From Escherichia virus fEg-Eco19: a stretch of 45,805 nucleotides of DNA. Positions 8,529-17,284 of this stretch are shown here, piece after piece (position 1 is the stretch's first letter; every line of letters starts with the position of its first letter). Made by a program: the position numbers and the translations under genes. Under the pieces are notes generated by a model, which was given only the letters and a program-made list of their open reading frames with translations, did no database searches and was not told the DNA's origin. The stretch lies in the sequence record NC_073314.1, one strand, 5' to 3'.

Positions 8529-9605
8529 ATGCTATTAACTTTAGTACCACAGGGTTTAACTATGAGCTTACTTACATCTCTAATCAGCCACCAGATTTGG
8601 CTGCAACGCACTGCATCCGGTGAGGTGAAAGACCTCGCGCCGTTCATTAAGGAGATGCGGGACGAAATAAAACGGCAGGTGCTGTTATTCGGTGACGACG
8701 GGCGGAGCACTGCGCGACTGAATAAACTGTTACTCGACCTTGAAGAAGCGCTAACCGGACTTACCGGCGATTGGCAAACAAAGCTGACAGAAGACCTTAT
8801 GGAACTGGCGGCGTATGAGGCCGAGTGGAATGTAAAGACACTGACCACCAACGTAGATGCGGAATTTGTTACGCCTACTGCCGAACAGGTGTGGTCCGCT
8901 GCCGAGTTTCAACCCTTATCATTAAGCGACAAGCCTGTTGACTTCACCAAGTTGATGTCTGGCTGGGGTGAAACAGAAGTGTCGCGCCTGGTAACCGGCG
9001 TTAAGATGGGCTTTGTACAAGGCCAGACAACACGGCAGATTGTTAAGAATGTTGTTGGCGCTGGTGGGCTGGCGGACATCTCTGAACGTAATGCTGCTAC
9101 TGTAATCCGCACCGCGCTGTCCCACGTATCCAACGAAGCCCGTAACGAGACGTACCGCCAGAACGACGACATCATCGAGAAGTACGAGTGGGTGTCAACG
9201 CTGGACAGCCGTACCAGTACGATTTGCAGAGCCAGAGATGGAATGACGTGGGAAATTGGTAAGGGGCCGATGCCCCCCGCCCATCCGAACTGTCGAAGTA
9301 CCACTGCGCCTGTAATCAGTTCCGAGTTCGACTTCCTGGATAAAGGAGCGAAGCGAGCGGCTAAAGGTGCGGAAGGCGGTACTCAGGTAAGCGCGGACAC
9401 CACTTACTACGAGTTCCTGAAACAACAACCGGCGTGGTTTCAGGATGAAGCGCTCGGCCCGGTGCGGGGTAAGATTTTCCGTAACAGCGGTATATCGCCG
9501 GAAGAGTTTCGCGTAATATCTGTAGATGGTTTCGGGAATCCGCTCACGCTTAAGCAGATGGCGGAACTCGATAAACGTGTTGCTGATTATCTGAAAGGGG
9601 AATAA
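8529..9605 (+). CDS. head morphogenesis protein (Mu F / SPP1 gp7-like)
   Basis: Position after portal; ICRARDGMTWEIGKGPMPPAHPNCRSTT region matches the conserved Cys/His region of this family. Confidence 0.65.
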   Translation: MLLTLVPQGLTMSLLTSLISHQIWLQRTASGEVKDLAPFIKEMRDEIKRQVLLFGDDGRSTARLNKLLLDLEEALTGLTGDWQTKLTEDLMELAAYEAEWNVKTLTTNVDAEFVTPTAEQVWSAAEFQPLSLSDKPVDFTKLMSGWGETEVSRLVTGVKMGFVQGQTTRQIVKNVVGAGGLADISERNAATVIRTALSHVSNEARNETYRQNDDIIEKYEWVSTLDSRTSTICRARDGMTWEIGKGPMPPAHPNCRSTTAPVISSEFDFLDKGAKRAAKGAEGGTQVSADTTYYEFLKQQPAWFQDEALGPVRGKIFRNSGISPEEFRVISVDGFGNPLTLKQMAELDKRVADYLKGE

Positions 9606-10066
9606 TGATGGGCTTTTTCAAAGTAACCGATGTACCCGCGCGCCGCGTAGTCCAGTACGCCCGCGTGTCCGGCTCCGGCGAGAACGTGGTGTTTATTGAA
9701 GATGAGAGTGTACTTGGTACACCTGTAGACGATATGCCGTTTGCAGACAAGACCGGTATTGCACTACCCGCCGCGGGGATGCTTTACGAGATTCCGTATC
9801 TGGCAGATGCTGGTGATGTGTATTTCTCTGTGCAACCGAAAGACACGGAACTGGTAGACGGCAGCGCAACTATCACTGTCGAAGTTAAGGCAGGCAAAGC
9901 GCCATACGCGCTGACCTGGTACAAAGACGGTAAGGAAGTTGTAAACGCACCAGAAGAGGCTTTGTCGCTGACGGTTAATGCCGTAGGTGAATACTTCGTT
10001 AAAGTTACTGATGCTGATGGGGCAGAGGCGGTAAGCAAGGCGGCGAAGGTTACTAAGCCAGAATGA
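9605..10066 (+). CDS. Ig-like domain structural protein
   Basis: ALTWYKDGKEV...GEYFVKVTDADG resembles bacterial Ig-like fold. Confidence 0.4.
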   Translation: MMGFFKVTDVPARRVVQYARVSGSGENVVFIEDESVLGTPVDDMPFADKTGIALPAAGMLYEIPYLADAGDVYFSVQPKDTELVDGSATITVEVKAGKAPYALTWYKDGKEVVNAPEEALSLTVNAVGEYFVKVTDADGAEAVSKAAKVTKPE

Positions 10067-10069
10067 TAA

Positions 10070-10090
10070 AAGGCCCCGAAAGGGGCCTTA
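10070..10090. terminator. bidirectional hairpin terminator
   Basis: AAGGCCCC-gaaa-GGGGCCTT between convergent ORFs 9605..10066(+) and 10094..10615(-). Confidence 0.5.
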
Positions 10091-10093
10091 GCT

Positions 10094-10615
10094 TTATTTA
10101 AATCGCGCAGGCATTAACACCATAAAGGCCGTGTTTGAAAATAGTATTTTGCATCCTCTGGTTTGGTCCTGGAAATCGAAACGAGCAATTTCATTTTTGT
10201 ATGCCTTAGAAATCTTGTACGCGTCTGCCAAATAGCGCAGAGTGAACCCTATACTATCGACAACACCCGGTGTGATGTGCGCCACGCGTCTCCAGTCAGG
10301 AAAGTTTCCTTCTACAACATCTACCGGAAGTGTACATATAAGCGCACGATTATCGTCATAGAAAGATACACTGCCGTTGTCGTGGTCTACCTCTGCGTAG
10401 TTAAATTTAGAAGGCTCTCTCCCTTTGATGTTTATGAGAGTCCCTTTCTCAACGTTGGTCTTCACATTGTCGCAGAACAATCTATGACCGTCCGTAGACA
10501 CTATCAATCCTTCAGGGTCTATGTAAAAAGCGTTCAAATAGTGGCGAACATCATTTTTAGCCCTGCATATTTTCGCCCCTACATACGCAGGGAAAGTAAT
10601 TACTGTAGTAACCAT
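10094..10615 (-). CDS. hypothetical protein, opposite-strand accessory gene in head module
   Basis: 173-aa ORF with AGGAGA RBS; visibly AT-richer than flanking head genes; own promoter. Confidence 0.55.
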   Translation of the reverse strand: MVTTVITFPAYVGAKICRAKNDVRHYLNAFYIDPEGLIVSTDGHRLFCDNVKTNVEKGTLINIKGREPSKFNYAEVDHDNGSVSFYDDNRALICTLPVDVVEGNFPDWRRVAHITPGVVDSIGFTLRYLADAYKISKAYKNEIARFDFQDQTRGCKILFSNTAFMVLMPARFK

Positions 10616-10640
10616 TTCTCATCTCCTGTTTAAGTTAACT

Positions 10641-10669
10641 GAATAGTACCCTATTATATTGGGGTGTGC
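10641..10669 (-). promoter_or_regulatory. sigma70-like promoter (TTGCAC-N17-TACTAT class) with AATAG-N4-CTATT palindrome
   Basis: Reverse complement reads TTGCACaccccaatataatagggTACTAT; ~30 nt upstream of the ATG at 10615. Confidence 0.45.
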
Positions 10670-10723
10670 AAACTATTTGTTTACGTATTCCAGTTATTCC
10701 ACTCAATTGTAAATGTTGGAATA

Positions 10724-10766
10724 AACTATTCGAATAGTTGACTTTTCACTGAAAATATGATAAGCT
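10724..10766 (+). promoter_or_regulatory. 16-bp perfect palindrome AACTATTCGAATAGTT abutting a TTGACT-N17-TAAGCT promoter
   Basis: Read directly from sequence. Confidence 0.35.
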
Positions 10767-10772
10767 CCACCT

Positions 10773-10973
10773 GAGCTTGTGAAGTATGAACAAGCGACCG
10801 CGGCGCGGGCAGGTAACGGAGCGGGACGTAAGTCCTGAGTGTAGTTACGCTGACGCGTTCGGAAGGGCCATACTCTATTGCTTGTGTAAAAAGTAACTGG
10901 TTTACTGAGATTACGCCGTTTCTATGTTTAAATGATAAGGACTAGCGCCCCGCTTTAAGGCGGGGCTTTACTT
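10773..10973 (+). ncRNA. candidate small non-coding RNA (promoter to terminator, no ORF over 36 codons)
   Basis: GC-rich ~200 nt between promoter at ~10738-10766 and terminator at ~10947-10973. Confidence 0.2.
10947..10973 (+). terminator. rho-independent terminator
   Basis: GCCCCGC-tttaag-GCGGGGC followed by TTTACTT. Confidence 0.5.
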
Positions 10974-10990
10974 ATCGAGAAAGGGGAAAC

Positions 10991-11350
10991 ATGAATCTTA
11001 AAGCAACTGTCGTAGCCGGAGCATGTTTCGTCGTCCTAGCCTACGCACACGGCATCTATCAATACCGCAGCGGCTGGGGTGAAGGCCGTGCTAATCTCGT
11101 TTCGCAGCAGCAGCAGAAAGCACAGGCCGCGCTGGTGAAGAAAACACAACGGCAGCAGCAGGATGAATCAAAGGCCGCCGCCGCTGACAACGAAGGCAAA
11201 ACGAAATCAGAGGTGATAACCCGTGAAGTCGTTAAGTACATAAGTCGACCCAATAAGGTATCTTGCAAGTTTGACGCTGATAGAGTTAGAATCAAATACG
11301 ACGCTGTCAACAACGCAAACGGGATACCAGGGTATGACGATATTAAATGA
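10991..11350 (+). CDS. putative i-spanin (Rz-like)
   Basis: N-terminal TM helix, then Q/K/A-rich helical region, conserved Cys near C-terminus; 119 aa. Confidence 0.4.
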   Translation: MNLKATVVAGACFVVLAYAHGIYQYRSGWGEGRANLVSQQQQKAQAALVKKTQRQQQDESKAAAADNEGKTKSEVITREVVKYISRPNKVSCKFDADRVRIKYDAVNNANGIPGYDDIK

Positions 11351-11840
11351 TACTTTCTACTACGATGATGGGGTTCTTTACTGGCGTAGCAGTAAGCTCG
11401 CCAATAAAACAGGAACCCCAGCAGGGTGCCTAACTACGCCGAAAGGCGCAAAACGGCGACAGACGATAGAGGTTAGATGGATGGGGAAGGCGTTTCAAGC
11501 GCACCGTCTTATATGGGAACTTTTCAATGGGCCAATTCCGACGCCATATGAGATAGACCACATTGACGGGAACCCACTCAACAATCGTATAGAAAATCTA
11601 AGGCTTGCTACTAGCCAAGAGAACAGTCGTAACGTTGGTCTCACGTCCGCTAATAGTACAGGGTTCAAAGGGGTTTCCAGGTTCCCAAACGGCAGATTCC
11701 GTGCGGACATAAGAATCCGCAACAAGACCAAATACCTCGGTCAGTTCGACTCCCCCGTCGACGCACACAAGGCCTACGTGCAAGCTGCCAAGAAGCTACA
11801 TGGAGATTTTTTCAAATGCGACTGCCAATATTGCTCTTAG
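11334..11840 (+). CDS. HNH homing endonuclease with AP2-like domain
   Basis: AHRLIWELFNG...EIDHIDGNPLNNRIENLRLATSQENSRN, then GFKGVSRF...AYVQAAKKLHGDF; paralogous to 31390..31875 and 33289..33786. Confidence 0.75.
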   Translation: MTILNDTFYYDDGVLYWRSSKLANKTGTPAGCLTTPKGAKRRQTIEVRWMGKAFQAHRLIWELFNGPIPTPYEIDHIDGNPLNNRIENLRLATSQENSRNVGLTSANSTGFKGVSRFPNGRFRADIRIRNKTKYLGQFDSPVDAHKAYVQAAKKLHGDFFKCDCQYCS

Positions 11841-12055
11841 TTATATGGTGCTACGGGTGCTCAAGTCCCGCGCCGTCGTCAATGCCAACTCCGTCCCCGG
11901 ATACGACGATGATGCAGCCGCCGTGCAAACTGGCACCGCCAAGTAGCGACGCTGACGAGGATTTAGCTATCGACGTTCAGAACGCCGAATGTGTACGGCA
12001 ACTGAGACTGAAAGTGTTCATGTTGCAGGATTACGTGAGGAATATTCTGGAATAG
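11816..12055 (+). CDS. putative o-spanin (Rz1-like lipoprotein)
   Basis: MRLPILLLVIWCYGC signal with lipobox-like YGC, then Pro-rich PAPSSMPTPSPDTTMMQPP; overlaps HNH 3' end. Confidence 0.4.
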   Translation: MRLPILLLVIWCYGCSSPAPSSMPTPSPDTTMMQPPCKLAPPSSDADEDLAIDVQNAECVRQLRLKVFMLQDYVRNILE

Positions 12056-12137
12056 TTGCCTTGCATGTTGGAATAATTTATTCTTGACATGTAAATCCGG
12101 GTGGCCCGGGTTCCAACGTCCAGGGGACATACTGACT

Positions 12138-12839
12138 ATGAATCGTTTTTTACGTTATCCGTTCCAGGAAGAAGCTGGAGCAGAAGATAAATCTGGTGGC
12201 GGTGACGCTCCGAAAATGTTCACCGCTGAAGAAGTTCAGGCGCTGATTGAGAAAGAAGTTGCCGGGCTTAAGGCCAATCAGGAAGCATTGCTGGCGGAGA
12301 AGAAAGAAGCCGCCCGCAAAGCAAAAGAGGCCGAAGAAGAACGGCAGCGCGCACACCAGGAGGCGTTAAAAGCCGCTGGTAAGATGGATGAGTTCGAAAA
12401 GACGATTCGTAGCCAGTATGACCCGGTGTTAGCCGAGAAAGATGGTCGCATCTCCAAAATGGCGGAGCGCATCCTCGGCAGCGAACGTAAAGCGGTGTTA
12501 GGCTCTTTCGCAGGTGACTTTATTACCCCGGAAGCAGTAGACATTCTTGCTCCGTTCGTTAAGACTGAGTTCGAAGGTGATGATGTGGTTACTAAGTTTG
12601 TTGGGCCAGACGGCGGTGTAATCACGACTGACCCTGAACAGTTCCGCAAATACCTGCGCGAACACAAAGCGTTTTCGCATTTGATTAAAGCAAATGCAGC
12701 TTCCGGCGGCGGGGCTTCCGGTGGCAAAGGCGGCGGGGCCGCACCAGCGTTTAAAGACATGAGTGAAGCAGAGCGTTTAGCTCTGTATAAATCGAACCCT
12801 GCCGAATTTGAACGGCAACTTAAAGCCCTGAGGAAATAA
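12138..12839 (+). CDS. scaffolding protein (by position and composition)
   Basis: Internal ATG of track ORF 12084..12839; acidic coiled-coil protein directly upstream of major capsid gene. Confidence 0.5.
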   Translation: MNRFLRYPFQEEAGAEDKSGGGDAPKMFTAEEVQALIEKEVAGLKANQEALLAEKKEAARKAKEAEEERQRAHQEALKAAGKMDEFEKTIRSQYDPVLAEKDGRISKMAERILGSERKAVLGSFAGDFITPEAVDILAPFVKTEFEGDDVVTKFVGPDGGVITTDPEQFRKYLREHKAFSHLIKANAASGGGASGGKGGGAAPAFKDMSEAERLALYKSNPAEFERQLKALRK

Positions 12840-12841
12840 TA

Positions 12842-13891
12842 ATGGCAATTACCACTATCGGCGATATCGTAACCGGCAACATCCCGGTCCTGGCGTCTTA
12901 TATGACCGAGGACCCGGTAGAAAAAACCGCGTTCTTCCAGTCCGGTATCCTTACCCCTACTCCGTACGCCGCTGAGATTGCCCGCGGCCCGTCCAACGTC
13001 GCTAATATTCCTTTCTGGAAAGCGATTGATACATCTATCGAGCCGAACTACTCGAACGACGTATACCAGGACATCGCAACCCCGCGTAACGTGCAGACCG
13101 GCGAGATGATGGCGCGCGTTGCGTATCTGAACGAAGGTTTCGGTCAGGCGGATCTGACTGTAGAACTTACCAGCCAGAACCCGCTGCAATCCGTAGCGTC
13201 TCGTCTTGATAACTTCTGGCAGCGCCAGGCACAACGCCGTCTGATTGCTACCGCGCTCGGTCTGTACAACGACAACGTAGCTGCTACCGACGCATACCAC
13301 AAGCAGAACGACATGGTCGTAGACGTGTCCGCTACTCCGGGCTTCGACTCCGGCGCGTTCATCGATGCTACCCAGACTATGGGTGACGCTCTGATTGGCA
13401 ACGGCGGTGAAGTGTTGGGTGCTATCGCGATGCACAGCTTCGTTTATGCGCAGGCACGTAAGCAACAGCTTATTGACTTCATCCGCGACGCTGACAACAA
13501 CACCATGTTCGCCACCTACCAGGGCTACCGTGTGATTGTTGATGACAGCATGACCGTAGTCGGTACAGGTAGCGACCGTAAGTTCATCTCCATCATCTTC
13601 GGCAACGGTGCTATCGGCTACGGAGAAGGTAACCCAACCAATCCGCTGGCCTATGAGCGCGAAGAGTCTCGCGGCAACGGCGGCGGTGTAGAAACCCTGT
13701 GGACCCGTAAGACCTGGTTGCTGCATCCGTTTGGTTACAGCTTCACCAGCGCGGTAATCACTGGCAACGGGACCGAGACTATCGCCCGCTCTGCTTCCTG
13801 GCAGGACCTGGCGAACGCCTCCAACTGGAACCGTGTTGTTGACCGTAAGCATGTACCGATTGCCTTCCTGGTAACTGGTGCCGGGGCTTAA
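12842..13891 (+). CDS. major capsid protein
   Basis: 349-aa ORF after scaffold, followed by strong terminator. Confidence 0.7.
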   Translation: MAITTIGDIVTGNIPVLASYMTEDPVEKTAFFQSGILTPTPYAAEIARGPSNVANIPFWKAIDTSIEPNYSNDVYQDIATPRNVQTGEMMARVAYLNEGFGQADLTVELTSQNPLQSVASRLDNFWQRQAQRRLIATALGLYNDNVAATDAYHKQNDMVVDVSATPGFDSGAFIDATQTMGDALIGNGGEVLGAIAMHSFVYAQARKQQLIDFIRDADNNTMFATYQGYRVIVDDSMTVVGTGSDRKFISIIFGNGAIGYGEGNPTNPLAYEREESRGNGGGVETLWTRKTWLLHPFGYSFTSAVITGNGTETIARSASWQDLANASNWNRVVDRKHVPIAFLVTGAGA

Positions 13892-13907
13892 GGTTAAGCT
13901 ATAATCG

Positions 13908-13931
13908 AGAGGGACTTCGGTCCCTCTTTTC
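13908..13931 (+). terminator. rho-independent terminator
   Basis: AGAGGGAC-ttcg-GTCCCTCT followed by TTTT. Confidence 0.6.
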
Positions 13932-13950
13932 ATTTACTAAGAGGTAAATT

Positions 13951-14321
13951 ATGGCTAAGACTGGAAAAGGCTTGCCGCGCAGCCTTCAGAATGTCGACTT
14001 CGGCGACCTGGACATCAGCGTAGGCTGGGGAGAAGTAACAGGTAAACCGGCGGTAATCGCGGCGGGGCGACCCAAGAGGCGGCACGTACCGCTATTGGTG
14101 CAGGTACGTCAAGCCTTGCGATCGGAACAACTTCGACTACCGCGATGGCGGGAAATAAGTTCGTTCAGGGTGCTGCGGTTACAGACGTCGGCACGCAGAC
14201 CGTTACGGGTGAAGAGGCTGCTGCGGTTGCTACGTCCGCACAGACTGCGGTTAACGCGGTAGGCACTCAACTTAACGCCTTACTGGCACAACTTCGTGCC
14301 GCTAAAATCATCGCATCCTGA
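13951..14321 (+). pseudogene. structural gene with apparent -1 frameshift near a G-run at ~14061-14068
   Basis: Track ORF 13951..14262 turns Arg-rich and junk-like after ...AVIAAG; the -1 frame from ~14067 to stop at 14321 reads a natural Ala/Thr/Gly-rich sequence ending LNALLAQLRAAKIIAS. Confidence 0.4.
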
Positions 14322-14332
14322 GGAGCTTAAAA

Positions 14333-14674
14333 ATGGTTGATGTAATTAAACGTCGTATTACTGGTGTGTCCGCCGATACCGTGGGTGCTAAAATCGATAT
14401 GGCAAATATCTCGCCAGCGTCTTTCTCTTCCGCGCCGGCGGCTACTACCTCCGTTACCACAGGTGGAACCATGACACTGACCGTAGTGGTAACTGGCGGT
14501 CTGGAGCCGTATTCCTACCAGTGGTACAAAGATAACAACGCCATCGACGGAGCCACCGCAGCTACCTATGCGAAGGCGTCCACTACTACCGCAGATTCAG
14601 GCACGTATAAAGTGGTTGTTCACGATGTGTATGGTAATATTATCTCCAGCAGCACCGTAGCAACTGTGTCTTAA
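14333..14674 (+). CDS. Ig-like domain protein (possible head decoration)
   Basis: YSYQWYKDNNAIDGATAATYAKASTTTADSGTYKVVVHD resembles an Ig-like domain. Confidence 0.45.
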   Translation: MVDVIKRRITGVSADTVGAKIDMANISPASFSSAPAATTSVTTGGTMTLTVVVTGGLEPYSYQWYKDNNAIDGATAATYAKASTTTADSGTYKVVVHDVYGNIISSSTVATVS

Positions 14675-14710
14675 TACAACGGCCCTTCGGGGCCGTAATA
14701 AGGAAAGGTC

Positions 14711-14890
14711 ATGGCAGATAATTACGTAATCCGCGAAAAGTACACCCACGTTGATATTGTTGACGGTCAGGTAATGCCGGTTCGCGGTGTTGTAGAAGCG
14801 GATGAACTGGTTGCGACTCAACCGGACAACGAAGAAGCGCACAACAACGGCGGTGGTACTAAGCGTCGTCGCCGTAAGTCAGAGGAATAA
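14711..14890 (+). CDS. small hypothetical protein (59 aa)
   Basis: AAGGAAAGG RBS; translated by eye; basic C-terminal tail. Confidence 0.35.
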   Translation: MADNYVIREKYTHVDIVDGQVMPVRGVVEADELVATQPDNEEAHNNGGGTKRRRRKSEE

Positions 14891-14893
14891 TTT

Positions 14894-15406
14894 ATGCCGC
14901 TAATCGTGGAAACTGGGGTGATCGTCCCAAATGCCGACAGTTACATTAGTCTGGCTGACGCCCGCGCGTTAGCGGCTAATTATGGCCTTGAGCTGCCGGA
15001 AGACGATACCGCAGCAGAGGTGGCCTTACGCAACGGTGCTACTTATGTAGGGCTTGCAGAACCGCAGATGTGCGGTCGTCGAGTATCCGCCGAACAGTCT
15101 CTTGCATACCCCCGCACCGGCGTAACGTTAAATGGCTTCCCTGTAGCGAACAGTGTTATCCCGAAACAGATAATTCTTGCGCAGGTAATCGCCGCAGTTA
15201 CGTATGGCGCAGGCACCGAAGTGCGGGCTAACTCAGACGGCCGTTCCGTGCAGACTGAGCGTGTCGAGGGTGCAGTGACAGTGACCTACTTCAACAACGG
15301 CAACAGTGGCGCTACGACCGCGATTACGGCTGCGGACGACGCCTTACGCCCGTTACTGTGCGGCGGTCTTAACAATGGCTTCTCGTTTAACGTGTACCGG
15401 GGTTAA
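14894..15406 (+). CDS. head-tail connector/adaptor candidate
   Basis: Position between capsid and tail genes; ISLADARALAANYGLELPEDD resembles connector N-termini. Confidence 0.35.
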   Translation: MPLIVETGVIVPNADSYISLADARALAANYGLELPEDDTAAEVALRNGATYVGLAEPQMCGRRVSAEQSLAYPRTGVTLNGFPVANSVIPKQIILAQVIAAVTYGAGTEVRANSDGRSVQTERVEGAVTVTYFNNGNSGATTAITAADDALRPLLCGGLNNGFSFNVYRG

Positions 15407-15408
15407 AA

Positions 15409-16023
15409 ATGGCGAATACTAAAACAGAGATATTCACGCTAATCGGTTCCGAGCTACCAGACAACACGACCGGACTTATCACGCCAGCGAAGCTGCGCGG
15501 GGTATTAACCCAGATGGCGGACTCACCTATTTACGCCACTCCCGGTGTTAAAGAGGTTGAAGTTCTCCGCGCAGCGTCAACAGTAGCGCAAGCGCCCGCC
15601 GCAGTAGATACAGCATTGCAGTTAACTTTCGGCTCTGCTCAGGGTAGTGCATCTGACCCGGTAATGATTAATGCTGCGGGGCTGGTTACGTTCAACACCG
15701 CAGGTAATTATGCCGTTCGCATCAAGTTACAGGCAGGCCGCACTGGTGCTAGCGGAACCTCTATCTTGCTATCGCGCATTCTGGTTAATGGCGCACAATA
15801 CGGCTCGCCAGCCGCTACGAAACTGGTAAGCGCGGATACTACAATTCCTATTGAGTCTCGTGTTGCTATTAACCCGACCGCAGGCCAGACGTTTGCCGTT
15901 CAGATTATGCGGGATAGCGCCGGGAGTAACTTCGGCGGCGTATACCCACAAGCCGCTACCGTAACTGCATGGGGTACAGCGCCGTCCGCGCTATTGGTTA
16001 TTTCGAGACTGGAGGCCGCTTGA
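15409..16023 (+). CDS. hypothetical structural protein
   Basis: 204-aa ORF in structural operon, tightly packed. Confidence 0.4.
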   Translation: MANTKTEIFTLIGSELPDNTTGLITPAKLRGVLTQMADSPIYATPGVKEVEVLRAASTVAQAPAAVDTALQLTFGSAQGSASDPVMINAAGLVTFNTAGNYAVRIKLQAGRTGASGTSILLSRILVNGAQYGSPAATKLVSADTTIPIESRVAINPTAGQTFAVQIMRDSAGSNFGGVYPQAATVTAWGTAPSALLVISRLEAA

Positions 16024-16117
16024 TGAATAAGTTCACATGTGGTGTAGTTTTTGGTTTTCTTACCGCGGTAGTCTTGCACAGTTACGGTGTTCTTTTGACG
16101 CTGCAAGAGGTGCTAAA

Positions 16118-16477
16118 ATGAGCACCGCTTTCAGTAAACGTATGCAAGGCGTGGGTACACGCCTGTTAACCAAATTCGGTAGCACGGTATCTCTGGTTCG
16201 CGCTGGCACGAAAGTGTGGGATGAAGTTCTCGGTGAATACGTCTGGTCTGCGGATGAAGTGTTGCCATTGAAAGCTGTTCCGGTTCCGGTAAACGCGGGA
16301 CTGGTGAACGGTACGACGATTCAGGCGGGAGACGTGATTGTTAAAGCCGATTGCAGCGTCGTACCGAATATGGAAGACAAGGTGCAATTCGGCGGCGAGC
16401 AATGGTCCGTCGTAGCCATTGAGAAGAAGATGGTTAACGATGATGTCGTGGCCTACTTTATTCAGGTGAGAAAATGA
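16118..16477 (+). CDS. head-tail joining protein candidate
   Basis: Internal ATG of track ORF 16037..16477; position. Confidence 0.3.
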   Translation: MSTAFSKRMQGVGTRLLTKFGSTVSLVRAGTKVWDEVLGEYVWSADEVLPLKAVPVPVNAGLVNGTTIQAGDVIVKADCSVVPNMEDKVQFGGEQWSVVAIEKKMVNDDVVAYFIQVRK

Positions 16478-16869
16478 GTTTCGCGCTGGACGTCTCTAAG
16501 TTTGTGGAAAAGGCGAAGAAGAATCCTGAGAAGGTGATGCGTCAGGTGTCTATCAAGCTGTTTTCCGCTATCATAAAGGCTAGTCCAGTGGACACCGGCC
16601 GCTTTCGTATGAACTGGATGGCGTCTGGTGGTACTTCTGCTTCCGGGATTACGGACGCCACCGATAAATCAGGAAACACGGCAACCGGAAACGCTACAAG
16701 TTTCGTAATGAAAGCCACCGACTGGCACGAGTTCACGCTAACAAATAATCTGCCGTATGCTCAACGGCTGGAGTATGGTTGGTCGCAGCAAGCGCCGCAG
16801 GGCATGGTCAGGACTAACGTGTCTCGCTTCCAGCAACTCATTAACGAAGAAGCCAACAAGGTGAAATGA
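16474..16869 (+). CDS. HK97 gp10-like tail component
   Basis: VDTGRFRMNW and NNLPYAQRLEYG match the conserved gp10-family motifs. Confidence 0.5.
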   Translation: MSFALDVSKFVEKAKKNPEKVMRQVSIKLFSAIIKASPVDTGRFRMNWMASGGTSASGITDATDKSGNTATGNATSFVMKATDWHEFTLTNNLPYAQRLEYGWSQQAPQGMVRTNVSRFQQLINEEANKVK

Positions 16870-17282
16870 TGGGCTACTTTGAGGACTTAACCAAAGCATT
16901 TGATGTGCCGCTGGTAGCCTTCGGAACAACCAACGGCATCAAGGTCTCGCTTGAAAACATCGACGCGCCGACGTCAACCGATACGCCGTATCTGGCAAGT
17001 TACATGTTACTTGCGGATACAGAACAGGCGGATTTGTTCTTCACAGAACAACGCTCAGGTGTTTATCAGGTCGACATTAACTACGCATCGGTGAAAGGTA
17101 GCGCGCCAATCAATAAAATGGCAGACTTACTTAACACGGCATTTAAAGCAGGTAAGTCATTTTCACGTAACGACATCTGCGCCGAGGTTCAATCGGTAAG
17201 CCTGGGGCCGCTGATTGTAGAAAACGGATGGGCCAAACGACCATTGTCAATTAACTTTATTGCATTCACCAAGAGGCTGTAA
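16866..17282 (+). CDS. tail completion/terminator protein candidate
   Basis: Position immediately upstream of major tail protein. Confidence 0.3.
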   Translation: MMGYFEDLTKAFDVPLVAFGTTNGIKVSLENIDAPTSTDTPYLASYMLLADTEQADLFFTEQRSGVYQVDINYASVKGSAPINKMADLLNTAFKAGKSFSRNDICAEVQSVSLGPLIVENGWAKRPLSINFIAFTKRL

Positions 17283-17284
17283 AT

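Noticed and set aside
10163-10633. 156-aa plus-strand ORF overlapping the minus-strand gene 10094..10615
   Set aside because: No RBS; antisense to a gene that has a clear promoter and RBS; junk-like composition.
12084-12120. TTGACA at ~12084 as a promoter for the scaffold gene
   Set aside because: No acceptable -10 hexamer 16-18 nt downstream (CGGGTT); the adjacent CCGGG-tgg-CCCGG hairpin looks like leader secondary structure.
12278-13933. 551-aa ORF on the minus strand covering the scaffold and major capsid genes
   Set aside because: Antisense to two well-supported structural genes; Arg/Gly/Val-rich low-complexity translation with no motifs. Long spurious open frames are common in this genome.
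13951-14321. Programmed ribosomal frameshift as explanation for the frame change near 14065
   Set aside because: No X-XXY-YYZ slippery heptamer at the junction, only a G-run; a homopolymer indel is the simpler explanation.
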